From an uncultured Rickettsiales bacterium (GTDB taxonomy: Bacteria; Pseudomonadota; Alphaproteobacteria; Rickettsiales; JABCZZ01), in the NCBI GenBank assembly GCA_964454545.1, contig CAYVTI010000004.1, forward strand, positions 25,105 to 89,104: a DNA stretch of 64,000 nt, read 5' to 3'. Shown here one piece after another: positions 10,031 to 19,206 of this stretch. The position numbers were made by a program, and so were the translations under genes. Positions within the stretch are counted from its first letter, which is position 1. Each line of letters opens with the position of its first letter. The notes under the pieces are model-generated. The model saw only the letters and a list, made by a program, of their open reading frames with translations. It searched no databases and had not been told where the DNA came from.

Positions 10031-10828
10031 CTATTTGACAGTAGCTGCTACTGCGGGATTCGCTTCTTGTTCTGCGCGGCGCTGCATTATTTTTTCTACA
10101 TGCGTCATGGATTGTTTATCCGGCGTGACGGGCACAGGCTGAGCCTGCTGATCAGGTATGGGTATATCGGAAGCTGTCTGCATATCCGTTTTCTGCCCTG
10201 TTGCCTGATCAGTCATGGACTGCTGGGGCATCGGTGCGTCGGGAGCAGCCGGAACTGTCATATCCTGTGATTGCTGAGACGCCTGTTCCTGGGTAATTTT
10301 ATCACTAATACTGCCTGCAATCGACTGATACAGATCCTCAAGCTTCATATCCTTCAGCCTTACCTGAAAAATGTAGGAACCTTTGTCATTTGTAGGATAT
10401 GCAATGGCGAAATTATTGCCATTTAGGCCTGCCGTCTTATCCTGTACGTTCACAGCAGCATCAGCCTGTTCCTGCGCAGATTGCAACCCGCTATATTTCT
10501 CTTTAATGACAGGCACCGTCCCAAGTCCATCCTGTACAAGCTGAATTACTTCATCATAACTCAGATTAGACGTTGGCATCACATCTATAACCAGTAAAGG
10601 TTCCGGTTTATGATCCCGGGTAAGCATGTCATTTTTTCTTTCAAGCGACCCGGCAGATTCTTTTATGTAAAAGCGTAACTTTCCTTCTGACAAGCCAGAC
10701 AAATGTTCGCCAATAAATGCTTTTTTGAACTTATTATCCGCCACCTTACCCGCTGTCGTCAACTCTTTCTGAAGCGTGGACATCGTATCAGATTGTGCCG
10801 GGACATCATTCATCCGTTCGTCTGCCAT
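10031..10828 (-). CDS. Hypothetical protein with a Q/P/T-rich C-terminal half
   Basis: 265 aa ORF with no motif I recognise. The C-terminal part is low complexity (QEQASQQSQDMTVPAAPDAPMPQQSMTDQATGQKTDMQ...). It occupies the position where hscA-fdx normally follow hscB. Confidence 0.6.
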   Translation of the reverse strand: MADERMNDVPAQSDTMSTLQKELTTAGKVADNKFKKAFIGEHLSGLSEGKLRFYIKESAGSLERKNDMLTRDHKPEPLLVIDVMPTSNLSYDEVIQLVQDGLGTVPVIKEKYSGLQSAQEQADAAVNVQDKTAGLNGNNFAIAYPTNDKGSYIFQVRLKDMKLEDLYQSIAGSISDKITQEQASQQSQDMTVPAAPDAPMPQQSMTDQATGQKTDMQTASDIPIPDQQAQPVPVTPDKQSMTHVEKIMQRRAEQEANPAVAATVK

Positions 10829-10914
10829 AAAAACCCTCTGGAAAAATTTGTTTCTCCTTAATTTTATAGCACGAAATTATTACAGTATTATTACAAACCC
10901 TGATATTTCTTATA

Positions 10915-11427
10915 TCATTGTGAAATTATTTTCCTTTTCCCCAGGATCTCATCGGCCATTTTGTTAAGGTAACTCAGCCGCATGGCAAGTTCAGCCGCCT
11001 GAGAAAAATTTCTACTGCCAACGGCCTGCGAAATTTTAGCGATTACGTTCTCCTTCTCATGTGTATTTTGCGCTTCCAGTCTGCCCAGCTCTTCCTGGGT
11101 AGACGTTTCCGCAAGCTGTTCCCGCAGTTCCATAGTTTCCATGAGCAGTTCCTGCGAAGGCCTGGCGGAGTCGGCCATTCCGCTCAGAACCAATAGATAC
11201 TGTATGCGCTTCAGGGGCTGCCTGAGCGTTTCATAAGCAGTATTAATCGTCATGGACATGGAGATAGCCATCGTGCGCTCATAAGCACTTTTTCCTATCA
11301 TTCGGTCAGGATGGAACTGGCGTTGGACAAGAAAATAACGCTTCTCTAACTCGCTCAGGTCTATATCAAAAGAAGGGGGAAAACCGAATAACTCAAAGTA
11401 ATTCTGCTGCTGGTTTCTGGCGGTCAT
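10915..11427 (-). CDS. hscB: Fe-S cluster co-chaperone HscB (J-domain)
   Basis: 170 aa. NYFELFGFPPSFDIDLSELEKRYFLVQRQFHPDR carries the J-domain HPD motif. It overlaps the iscA stop by 4 nt. Confidence 0.85.
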   Translation of the reverse strand: MTARNQQQNYFELFGFPPSFDIDLSELEKRYFLVQRQFHPDRMIGKSAYERTMAISMSMTINTAYETLRQPLKRIQYLLVLSGMADSARPSQELLMETMELREQLAETSTQEELGRLEAQNTHEKENVIAKISQAVGSRNFSQAAELAMRLSYLNKMADEILGKRKIISQ

Positions 11428-11756
11428 ACATGGAAAGACTCCCCGCAGCCGCAGCGTCCCTTCTCATTAGGATTGCGGAAGGTGAAACCGCTTTTCAGTT
11501 TCTCCTCCCTATAATCCATTTCCGTTCCAATAAGGAATATAACGGCTTTCGGGTCAATCAACACCTTGAACTCTCCGGCATCGACCACTTCATCAAACTT
11601 CTCGATCTGATCCGCATATTCCACCGTATAGGAAAGACCAGAACAGCCTTTGCTGCGCACACCGACTTTTATACCTACGGACGGCTTGCCGCGCGCGTCA
11701 AGCAGCGCGCGTATGCGCTCGGAAGCGGCAGGGGTTATGGTAATCGGGCTTTTCAT
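11424..11756 (-). CDS. iscA: Fe-S cluster assembly scaffold/carrier IscA
   Basis: 110 aa HesB/IscA family protein. Motifs are GCSGLSY and a C-terminal CGCGESF. Confidence 0.9.
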   Translation of the reverse strand: MKSPITITPAASERIRALLDARGKPSVGIKVGVRSKGCSGLSYTVEYADQIEKFDEVVDAGEFKVLIDPKAVIFLIGTEMDYREEKLKSGFTFRNPNEKGRCGCGESFHV

Positions 11757-11761
11757 ACGTC

Positions 11762-12157
11762 TCAGGCAGCGTTTTCTTTTATGTTCTTCTTCCGGTAATC
11801 TTCAATGGCCGCCTTAATCGCGTCTTCTGCCAGAACTGAGCAATGAATTTTTACCGGAGGCAGGGAAAGATGCTCAGCAATCTCATTATTCTTAAGCTTC
11901 ATGGCTTCATCAATCGATTTGCCTTTGACCCATTCGGTCACCAGCGAGCTTGAGGCAATCGCAGATCCGCAACCAAATGTCTTGAACTTTGCATCCTCAA
12001 TAACGCCCGCAGCATTTACCTTTATCTGCAGCTTCATCACGTCGCCGCAAGCCGGCGCGCCGACGAGGCCGGTGCCAACGCTCATGTCATTCTTATCCAT
12101 CGACCCGACGTTACGCGGATTTTCGTAGTGGTCTACTACCTTTTCACTGTATGCCAT
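11762..12157 (-). CDS. iscU: Fe-S cluster assembly scaffold IscU
   Basis: 131 aa. NPRNVGS, GAPACGDVMKLQI, FKTFGCGSAIASSS and LPPVKIHCSVLAEDA are IscU invariants. Confidence 0.95.
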   Translation of the reverse strand: MAYSEKVVDHYENPRNVGSMDKNDMSVGTGLVGAPACGDVMKLQIKVNAAGVIEDAKFKTFGCGSAIASSSLVTEWVKGKSIDEAMKLKNNEIAEHLSLPPVKIHCSVLAEDAIKAAIEDYRKKNIKENAA

Positions 12158-12245
12158 TGTTTTTCTCCTTACACTTCTGTGGCCCGTGACTTGTGATCAG
12201 TGGCCTGTAATTTATTGTTAAGACTTTTCTGTAATCCTGGCCACT

Positions 12246-13475
12246 TCAATGTCCCGCCCACTCAATCTTGTTGATATCAACGCCTTCCTGCACCATTTCC
12301 CAGAGCGGACTCATCTCACGGAGGCGGCTTATGCTGCTCTTTACAAGATTGATAGCGAAGTCGATCTCCTCCTCCGTAGTAAAGCGCCCGATACCGAAGC
12401 GGATGGATGTATGGGCAAGCTCCTCATTCACCCCCAGCGCACGCAGTACATAAGAGGGTTCAAGCGAAGCAGACGTGCACGCGGAACCGGATGAAACCGC
12501 TAGATCCTTAATCGCCATGATCATGGATTCGCCTTCGATATAGGCGAAGCTCAGGTTGATATTACCAGGATAACGCTGCTCGCGGTCACCGTTCAGATAT
12601 ACATCCGGTATTTCCTCCATAATCGCTTTCAGGAATTTGTTACTCAGGCGGCGGATATGCTCGTTATCGCTCCCCATTTCCGTTTTCGCGATTGCCGCCG
12701 CTTCACCCAACCCTACGCACAACGGCGCAGGCAGCGTGCCGGAACGCATGCCACGCTCCTGCCCGCCTCCGGAAATGATCGGTTCAAGCCTTACGCGCGG
12801 GCGGCGGCGCACATAAAGAGCGCCGATGCCCTTGGGCCCATATATCTTATGGCCGGATATGCTCATGAGGTCGATATTCATCGCCTCCACATCCAGCGGG
12901 ATCTTCCCGAAAGCCTGCGCAGCATCCGTATGGAAGAATACTCCCTTATCACGGCATATCCTGCCAATCTCGGCGAGCGGCTGGATAACGCCTATTTCAT
13001 TATTTACCGCCATGACGGAAACAAGCACGGTTGAATCCTTAATCGCGTCACGCAGTACATTTAAATCAATAACGCCATTTTTCTGTACCGGCAGGTAAGT
13101 GACTTCAAATCCTTCCTGTTCAAGGTGGCGGCATGAATCGAGTACGCATTTATGCTCGGTTACTACCGTAACGATATGATTTTTCCGGTCCTTATAAAAA
13201 TGGGCAACGCCCTTGAGCGCCAGGTTATTCGACTCCGTCGCGCCGGAAGTGAATATGATTTCTTTTTCACTGGTATTAATAAGCGAAGCCACCTGGCCAC
13301 GGGCAATATTCACAGCTTCCTCGGATTCCCAGCCATAGGCATGGCTGCGGGAATGCGGGTTGCCGAATTTTTCGGTAAAATACGGCAGCATTTTCGCAAC
13401 TACGCGGCTATCCATAGGCGTTGTCGCCTGATAGTCCATATAGACCGGAAATGTTAATTTATTTTTGTTTTCCAT
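12246..13475 (-). CDS. iscS: Cysteine desulfurase IscS
   Basis: 409 aa. YMDYQATTP, the PLP lysine context [17 protein letters not shown] and the active-site loop [21 protein letters not shown] are present. Confidence 0.95.
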   Translation of the reverse strand: MENKNKLTFPVYMDYQATTPMDSRVVAKMLPYFTEKFGNPHSRSHAYGWESEEAVNIARGQVASLINTSEKEIIFTSGATESNNLALKGVAHFYKDRKNHIVTVVTEHKCVLDSCRHLEQEGFEVTYLPVQKNGVIDLNVLRDAIKDSTVLVSVMAVNNEIGVIQPLAEIGRICRDKGVFFHTDAAQAFGKIPLDVEAMNIDLMSISGHKIYGPKGIGALYVRRRPRVRLEPIISGGGQERGMRSGTLPAPLCVGLGEAAAIAKTEMGSDNEHIRRLSNKFLKAIMEEIPDVYLNGDREQRYPGNINLSFAYIEGESMIMAIKDLAVSSGSACTSASLEPSYVLRALGVNEELAHTSIRFGIGRFTTEEEIDFAINLVKSSISRLREMSPLWEMVQEGVDINKIEWAGH

Positions 13476-13506
13476 TGGTTTATTTCCACCCTACATGAAT
13501 TGTATT

Positions 13507-13531
13507 ATAACCAAGTAATTTAGTCAACTAT
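13507..13531 (-). promoter_or_regulatory. Candidate IscR type-1-like operator overlapping the iscS -10 hexamer
   Basis: The reverse strand reads ATAGTTGACTAAATTACTTGGTTAT. This matches the remembered E. coli type-1 consensus ATASYYGACTRWWWYAGTCRRSTAT at 22 of 25 positions. It overlaps a perfect TATAAT (13504-13509) 28 nt upstream of the iscS ATG. Confidence 0.45.
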
Positions 13532-13615
13532 TATGGATAAGCTTGACCGGCATTGCAAAAACGGCTGTTTTATGACATATACGACCTGATTATGCAATTC
13601 TTATCAATGGAATAT

Positions 13616-13927
13616 ATGAAATATAATAGCTTAGCCGTCCTAAGTTTTTCAGCGTTTTTAACACTGGCTGGATGCATAGATATTACCGAAGTGCAGAAAG
13701 ACTACGTTGCAGACCGCGATTATTGCAATCAAAAGTCGAAAGATGTACTGCGTACCTATTTTTCCCACTGTTCCAATACCACCAATGAAAAAGACAAGAC
13801 AAACGTTACTAACGAAACTTTCTGCGAATGCATGAAGGATCACGGATGGAGAACGGCACGGGCACTTAACCCGCCTTACCCGGAATGCCCCAAGCCGCCG
13901 GGCTCAATAGACACAAAATCCAAATAA
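13616..13927 (+). CDS. Small Cys-rich putative lipoprotein
   Basis: MKYNSLAVLSFSAFLTLAGCIDI has a signal peptide plus lipobox (L-A-G-C). The ORF track begins at 13553, but the ATG at 13616 gives a canonical signal peptide. There are 6 further Cys residues. Confidence 0.6.
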   Translation: MKYNSLAVLSFSAFLTLAGCIDITEVQKDYVADRDYCNQKSKDVLRTYFSHCSNTTNEKDKTNVTNETFCECMKDHGWRTARALNPPYPECPKPPGSIDTKSK

Positions 13928-13931
13928 TATT

Positions 13932-14258
13932 ATGATCGACGTTATAAACCGTATTTATCAGACCATCGTCGCGCGGAAAAACGCAAATCCCCAATCTTCT
14001 TATGTCGCCAGCCTGTTCGCCAGGGGAAATAAAAAGATCGCACAGAAAATCGGCGAGGAAGCGACGGAAGTCGTGCTTGCATCCGCAGGCGGTGACAGAA
14101 AAGAAATCATCCATGAAAGCGCCGACCTGGTATTTCATCTGATGGCGCTCTGGGTGACCTACGGCATTACGCCGGATGAAATTGGCGCCGAACTTGTAAG
14201 GCGCGAAGGCGTACCGGGCCTGGAAGAAAAGGCCAAAAGGGTTAAATCAGATATCTGA
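13932..14258 (+). CDS. hisE: Phosphoribosyl-ATP pyrophosphatase
   Basis: 108 aa. SYVASLFARGNKKIAQKIGEEATEVVLA...ESADLVFHLM is typical HisE (MazG-like). Confidence 0.85.
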   Translation: MIDVINRIYQTIVARKNANPQSSYVASLFARGNKKIAQKIGEEATEVVLASAGGDRKEIIHESADLVFHLMALWVTYGITPDEIGAELVRREGVPGLEEKAKRVKSDI

Positions 14259-14348
14259 AATAAGTAAATCTTGATTTACCGGGCCTGACATGACAGGTTA
14301 TCTTTCCTAGGTGGTTTGAAATCAAACAATGTGGGTACGTGATAACAT

Positions 14349-15470
14349 ATGGGATTGTTGCGTCTTTTCCTTGCTATCGAAGTATTCATAAAGCATTTTG
14401 CATATATAAAACAATATGATGCAATTATATCAGGCGAACTTGCGGTAAGGATATTTTATCTCCTGTCCGGATTTTATATTCAGCTTATTATTTCTCAATA
14501 TGACTCACAGCAACGGTGGAAAACGAAATTTTACCTGAGCAGACTCTTTCGGCTATTTCCCACTTACTATTTAATACTCATACTTGCCATATGGTTTTAC
14601 GGCACAAGCTGTAACGTACACTGCACAAGCATGGTAATAAATAATTCTGTCGGCGCATTGCTGTTTTATTACCTGTCAAACCTGTTCATCTTTGGGCAAG
14701 ATATCGGGAAGTTCATGGTATACCATTTCACGACCGGAACCTTCTCCTTTGATTCTGGACATCCTATAGCGCTCTACTGGGTTCGCAATATGAACTTTGT
14801 TGCTCCAGCATGGTCTATTGCGGTTGAAATGAGTTTTTATCTCATTGCCCCCTTTATTCTTAAAAGACGTTCCCTTGATCTGGCAGCCATTGCAGCCATA
14901 TCATTCTTTATAAAAATATTCCTGATTATACACGGCTATAATAACCGGGATAACTGGTATAATGATTTCTTCCCTGCTGAAATTCATACGTTCCTGCTCG
15001 GCGCCCTTGCAACACGAATTGCCTGCAATAGCGACAGGATGAGGAAGTCAGGAAAATATCTGCTATGCATTGGCATGGCGTTCTTTTCCGCATACCTGAT
15101 GAACAGGTATAAAGTGATTCTTTATGATGGTGATGAATTACTGATAATAAGCATCTGCTGCTTTATCCCCTTTATCTTCCAAGTCACAAAAGGCAATCGT
15201 TTGGACAGAGTTATAGGAGAAATGTCATATCCACTGTATCTGAATCATATTCTGGTAATAAATTTCTTGGAAAGGTATATTAGCGATTCGTCTGAGCTCT
15301 TCCATCTGAGCATTCTTGCATCCTGCATGCTAAGTATCGCCATAGTGTTGCTGATAGAGGAACCCATAACGAAATTCCGGCACAGGATGTTCCGCTCTCG
15401 CCATGAGCCGATACCGCTTGCCCAAAACAACCAGCCTGATATATTACGCGCATCCATGAACCTGCAATAG
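14349..15470 (+). CDS. Acyltransferase family 3 membrane protein
   Basis: 373 aa polytopic membrane protein. It shows the family-3 pattern (early His in TM1 FIKH, AWSIAVEMSFYLIAP, MSYPLYLNH). The N-terminus looks slightly short for the family. Confidence 0.75.
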   Translation: MGLLRLFLAIEVFIKHFAYIKQYDAIISGELAVRIFYLLSGFYIQLIISQYDSQQRWKTKFYLSRLFRLFPTYYLILILAIWFYGTSCNVHCTSMVINNSVGALLFYYLSNLFIFGQDIGKFMVYHFTTGTFSFDSGHPIALYWVRNMNFVAPAWSIAVEMSFYLIAPFILKRRSLDLAAIAAISFFIKIFLIIHGYNNRDNWYNDFFPAEIHTFLLGALATRIACNSDRMRKSGKYLLCIGMAFFSAYLMNRYKVILYDGDELLIISICCFIPFIFQVTKGNRLDRVIGEMSYPLYLNHILVINFLERYISDSSELFHLSILASCMLSIAIVLLIEEPITKFRHRMFRSRHEPIPLAQNNQPDILRASMNLQ

Positions 15471-15482
15471 CAAAGGCATCAC

Positions 15483-17234
15483 ATGCGTAAATTGACCGCT
15501 ATCCTGTTTTTTCTTCTCTTTGTCATAGGGAGCGTCCATACTTACTACTGGTATAAAAAAGCGGATGAGTTCAGGAGCGCGCTTGAGCAATATATTGCCC
15601 AGGTTAACGAACAGGAAAAGCAGTTCAGCCCAGATACGACATTCATACATTATGATTCAATAATGATATCCGGTTATCCTTTCATGATGCAGCTCGACGT
15701 CATGAAACCGGTCATTACCTTGCCCGTTTCTGCCATAGCGAAGAAGTCAGTTCTGAATACTCTTAATAATATTAACAATACGGTTACTCCTCCTGCAGGC
15801 AAGGCTCAAAATAATGTCGTTATCGAGCTTACCTATAACGACAAGATATCGATCGCGGGTAATATAACCGCTAATGACTTTTACCTGATTGCTTCGGGAG
15901 ACAGCACCATAAAACCTATCATCAATAACGTACCCAGCAATATCATCAACAGCACATCGTCCTCTCCCCTAACCTGCCATCTCGGGATTTACAATGCCGA
16001 CAACCTGCCGTGGAACATACCCGCGTCATTTGCTGATATGCAATCTCTTCTTACCGCATTGCGTTCCGTAGATTGCCATATATCCGGAGTTGTCAGCAAA
16101 GCCGCCAAATCCGATGACGTCATTTCCTCCCTGGATGATTTTTATATATCCGCCACCAGCGCCCCGGAAAATCCCGGCCAGCAGAAAATCTCTTTCAAGT
16201 CGGGCATAAAGAATGCGAAGGCGACATCGGCTTACGACGACATCGCTAATTTCTACCTGCAGTTATTTTATGAAATTGCCCAGGTTCCGCAGGACAAGCG
16301 TGAAGCCAACCTTAACTTCTCCCAGTACGGTGAACAGAACAGTGCCGTCGATATAAGCTATGAAGGGCCGATTGACCGGCAGTCGCTGCTGGATCCGTCC
16401 GTGAACATCAGGTTCGACGTCAATGCGCTTAATTCGAATAACGCGTTATACCAATCCTCGGCGGAAACTCATATATCGAGTCTCATAGAAGGTAACGACC
16501 GCAATTCCTCCATTGTCGCTCATATGGCGCTTGAAGCGAATGAACAGTATGAGCGCCTGGTGATAAAACAGCTTGCAGACATGTTCAGCGAGATAGTGAA
16601 GAATCCGGCCGCCAACGCTCCTTTTGCCACGCTGGTTGCCGCTAACGTGAATCCGCAGGAACTGGCCACCGCGATTGTACCAAAATTTCATACTATCGGT
16701 AAAGTGAGCTTTGACGCCGATATCAAGATCAAAGGCAGCAAGGATAAAAACATGCTGGATACGGACAGCATCGCTATAAATGCATTCGATCTGGTCACTA
16801 ACAAATACGGGATGAAAATTGCAGGAAGCGGCAAAAATAACGCCGGAAGAATTCCTGTCGGCGATTTGATTGCCAAATGCATCGTATGCGATGCCATGCT
16901 TGAGGATGTAGGCGAGTATGCCATGGGCATTGACAGCATATTGGCGAGAACAAGGGCAGGCCAGGCCATGTATGTAACACGGCAGCTGATCGACGGCATC
17001 AAGCAGTTCATGCATGCGATAGATGAAAATACGGCAGGCAAGGATCCAAAGGATATATACGTTCATTTCGTTACGGATGATAAAGGCAGGATAACCGTAA
17101 GCGGCAAAGAGCTTATGGAAGTTATCGGCCTGTTCGGAACGAACGTGCAGCAAAAATTGCAACAACAGCCGCAACCACCACAGGTGCAATCGCAACCCGT
17201 AACTCCACCCGTGCCGGTGCCGCCAGCGAAGTAG
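15483..17234 (+). CDS. Hypothetical N-terminally membrane-anchored protein with a PQ-rich tail
   Basis: 583 aa. A single N-terminal TM is followed by YYWYKKADEFRSALEQYI, reminiscent of DUF2125-type proteins (weak recollection only). The C-terminus is QQQPQPPQVQSQPVTPPVPVPPAK. Confidence 0.6.
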   Translation: MRKLTAILFFLLFVIGSVHTYYWYKKADEFRSALEQYIAQVNEQEKQFSPDTTFIHYDSIMISGYPFMMQLDVMKPVITLPVSAIAKKSVLNTLNNINNTVTPPAGKAQNNVVIELTYNDKISIAGNITANDFYLIASGDSTIKPIINNVPSNIINSTSSSPLTCHLGIYNADNLPWNIPASFADMQSLLTALRSVDCHISGVVSKAAKSDDVISSLDDFYISATSAPENPGQQKISFKSGIKNAKATSAYDDIANFYLQLFYEIAQVPQDKREANLNFSQYGEQNSAVDISYEGPIDRQSLLDPSVNIRFDVNALNSNNALYQSSAETHISSLIEGNDRNSSIVAHMALEANEQYERLVIKQLADMFSEIVKNPAANAPFATLVAANVNPQELATAIVPKFHTIGKVSFDADIKIKGSKDKNMLDTDSIAINAFDLVTNKYGMKIAGSGKNNAGRIPVGDLIAKCIVCDAMLEDVGEYAMGIDSILARTRAGQAMYVTRQLIDGIKQFMHAIDENTAGKDPKDIYVHFVTDDKGRITVSGKELMEVIGLFGTNVQQKLQQQPQPPQVQSQPVTPPVPVPPAK

Positions 17235-17258
17235 GTTCGGCTGATATCTTTTGGCTGT

Positions 17259-18551
17259 ATGACTGAGTACGTAGTAGAAACATTGCCCTGGATATCACCG
17301 CTTGCAGCGATCGCACAAATCGCAAAAAACGAAAAATACTTCGTACTACTACATTCAGGCCAGCAATATGGAAATGCAGGGCGTTATTCTTATCTTGCGA
17401 TGCATCCTATTGATATTATTTCAGGAAATGCTTTTTCTGTTCTGGATAGATTGACTGAAAACCTTCCGTTGTTCGATAATGCATGGTTCGGGTATCTGGG
17501 GTACGAGTTGCTGCATGATATCGAGAACATAACATATGAAAGGGAAAGCCATATTTCGCTGCCACCCCTGTGGTTCGCAAAATTCGGCCTCATTTTAGTT
17601 TTTGACCATCAGAACAAGACTGTCATGTCATACCGAAAGCAGGAAATAAAACTACCTGTATGGCGCCATGCTTCCATATCCGGTGAGGTACCGGTTGTTG
17701 AATCATTATCGTCCCCCATGTCGCGTGATGCATATCTGGCAGCGGTAGAAAAAACGATAGAAGCCATAAGGCGCGGGGATTTTTACCAGGCTAATATCAC
17801 GCGCAAATTCACCGGTATATTTGCATCCGCTCCTGAACCTTTTGCCATATTCTGCAAATTATGTGAAACCAGCCCTTCCGCCTATAGCGCGTTTATCCGC
17901 ATGGATAACTCAGCTATCATTTCCTCCAGCCCAGAATGCTTTCTGAGAATCGACAGTAAAGGGAATATGGAATCACGTCCGATAAAAGGCACTGCGCCGC
18001 GTTTTGCCGACAGTAGAAAAGATGAAGCTTCGCGTGCATCGCTTGAGAGAAGCGAAAAGGACAAAGCCGAAAACATGATGATTGTCGATCTCATGCGCAA
18101 CGATTTTGCACGCAGCTGCGTTGCCGGAAGCGTGAAAGTGGAGAAGTTATTTGAAGTATCTTCCTATGCTACGGTGCATCACATGATCTCCACCATTACC
18201 GGGAAGAAACGCGAAGATGTTTCAACGCTCAAAACAGTAAAAAACTGTTTTCCGCCCGGCTCCATGACCGGCGCGCCCAAAGTCCGGGCAATGCAATGGT
18301 GCATGGACAAGGAAAAGATACAGCGAGGGGTTTATAGTGGCGCGCTTGGCTGGTTCGGCGGTGACGGCTCTTGCGATTTATCGGTCGTCATACGCACGCT
18401 GGTTATACAGGGACGCTGTTTTGAATTTCAGGTCGGCGGCGGTATTGTCGCGGATTCGGATCCGGAAAAGGAACGGCAGGAAACCATTACCAAAGCCCGT
18501 GGCATCATGGCGGCTCTCGGCCTTGATCTGCAACGGCTGGAAAAACTGTAA
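17259..18551 (+). CDS. pabB: Aminodeoxychorismate synthase component I (chorismate-binding enzyme)
   Basis: 430 aa. SPECFLRI, RPIKGT, MIVDLMRNDF, PPGSMTGAPKVRAM and RGVYSGALGW are chorismate-utilising enzyme motifs. The size fits PabB. Confidence 0.85.
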   Translation: MTEYVVETLPWISPLAAIAQIAKNEKYFVLLHSGQQYGNAGRYSYLAMHPIDIISGNAFSVLDRLTENLPLFDNAWFGYLGYELLHDIENITYERESHISLPPLWFAKFGLILVFDHQNKTVMSYRKQEIKLPVWRHASISGEVPVVESLSSPMSRDAYLAAVEKTIEAIRRGDFYQANITRKFTGIFASAPEPFAIFCKLCETSPSAYSAFIRMDNSAIISSSPECFLRIDSKGNMESRPIKGTAPRFADSRKDEASRASLERSEKDKAENMMIVDLMRNDFARSCVAGSVKVEKLFEVSSYATVHHMISTITGKKREDVSTLKTVKNCFPPGSMTGAPKVRAMQWCMDKEKIQRGVYSGALGWFGGDGSCDLSVVIRTLVIQGRCFEFQVGGGIVADSDPEKERQETITKARGIMAALGLDLQRLEKL

Positions 18552-18660
18552 CAATCTAAGAAATAATTGCTTTTGTCACAAAATCTTCACAATTCTGCCC
18601 TATATTATACCCCTATAAAATAATACAATAACAGCGTGGTCATTAACAGGGAGATGGGAC

Positions 18661-19191
18661 ATGGCGGACAATAAATCACCAGAAATCGTGTTGAAAGAAG
18701 CAGGGGCAAAAATTGCATTAGCCGATCCTACTGCAGACTCCGCCAAGGCAATCGGTGAATATTTCGAAGTTCTAAAAACTGGCCAGATGAACGACAAGCT
18801 GGATAAGGAAGTCCTGATGATGCTGGCAAAAGCGGTCCAATCCGGCATAGATATCAATCAGGCGCAGCAACTTGCGCAGCAGGGATTTGAGTCCGAGAAA
18901 ACAAAAGTAGAAACATTATCGACCGTCGCAGCTGGACTGGTTGGTGCAGCAGGAGGGGTAGGAGTCAACGCATCAGAATCAGAAAAAATCAAGGTAGAGC
19001 TGCAGGCCGCGCAAAGCTTCGTCAATTTTAAGGCTGAAGGAACCAAAGAACAAGTGGGAGAAGCCGTCATCGGGGCTGCTGCCCTTGCAGGTGGCATCGG
19101 TGCACAGGCGCCAGGTACTCCTGCAACATGGGCAGAAAGGATTACCGCAGAGAGAGAGCAGGCATTACTGACAGCAAAAAACACCAAATAA
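18661..19191 (+). CDS. Hypothetical protein (Ala/Gly-rich)
   Basis: 176 aa ORF with an SD-like GGGAGATGGG upstream. No recognisable motif. Confidence 0.5.
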   Translation: MADNKSPEIVLKEAGAKIALADPTADSAKAIGEYFEVLKTGQMNDKLDKEVLMMLAKAVQSGIDINQAQQLAQQGFESEKTKVETLSTVAAGLVGAAGGVGVNASESEKIKVELQAAQSFVNFKAEGTKEQVGEAVIGAAALAGGIGAQAPGTPATWAERITAEREQALLTAKNTK

Positions 19192-19206
19192 GCGCCTACC
19201 TTACAT

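Noticed and set aside
16446-17195. 249 aa minus-strand ORF antisense to the 583 aa hypothetical gene
   Set aside because: The plus-strand ORF is longer, has an N-terminal TM anchor and tight spacing with its neighbours. The antisense frame has no features. There is some residual uncertainty because neither frame has a known family.
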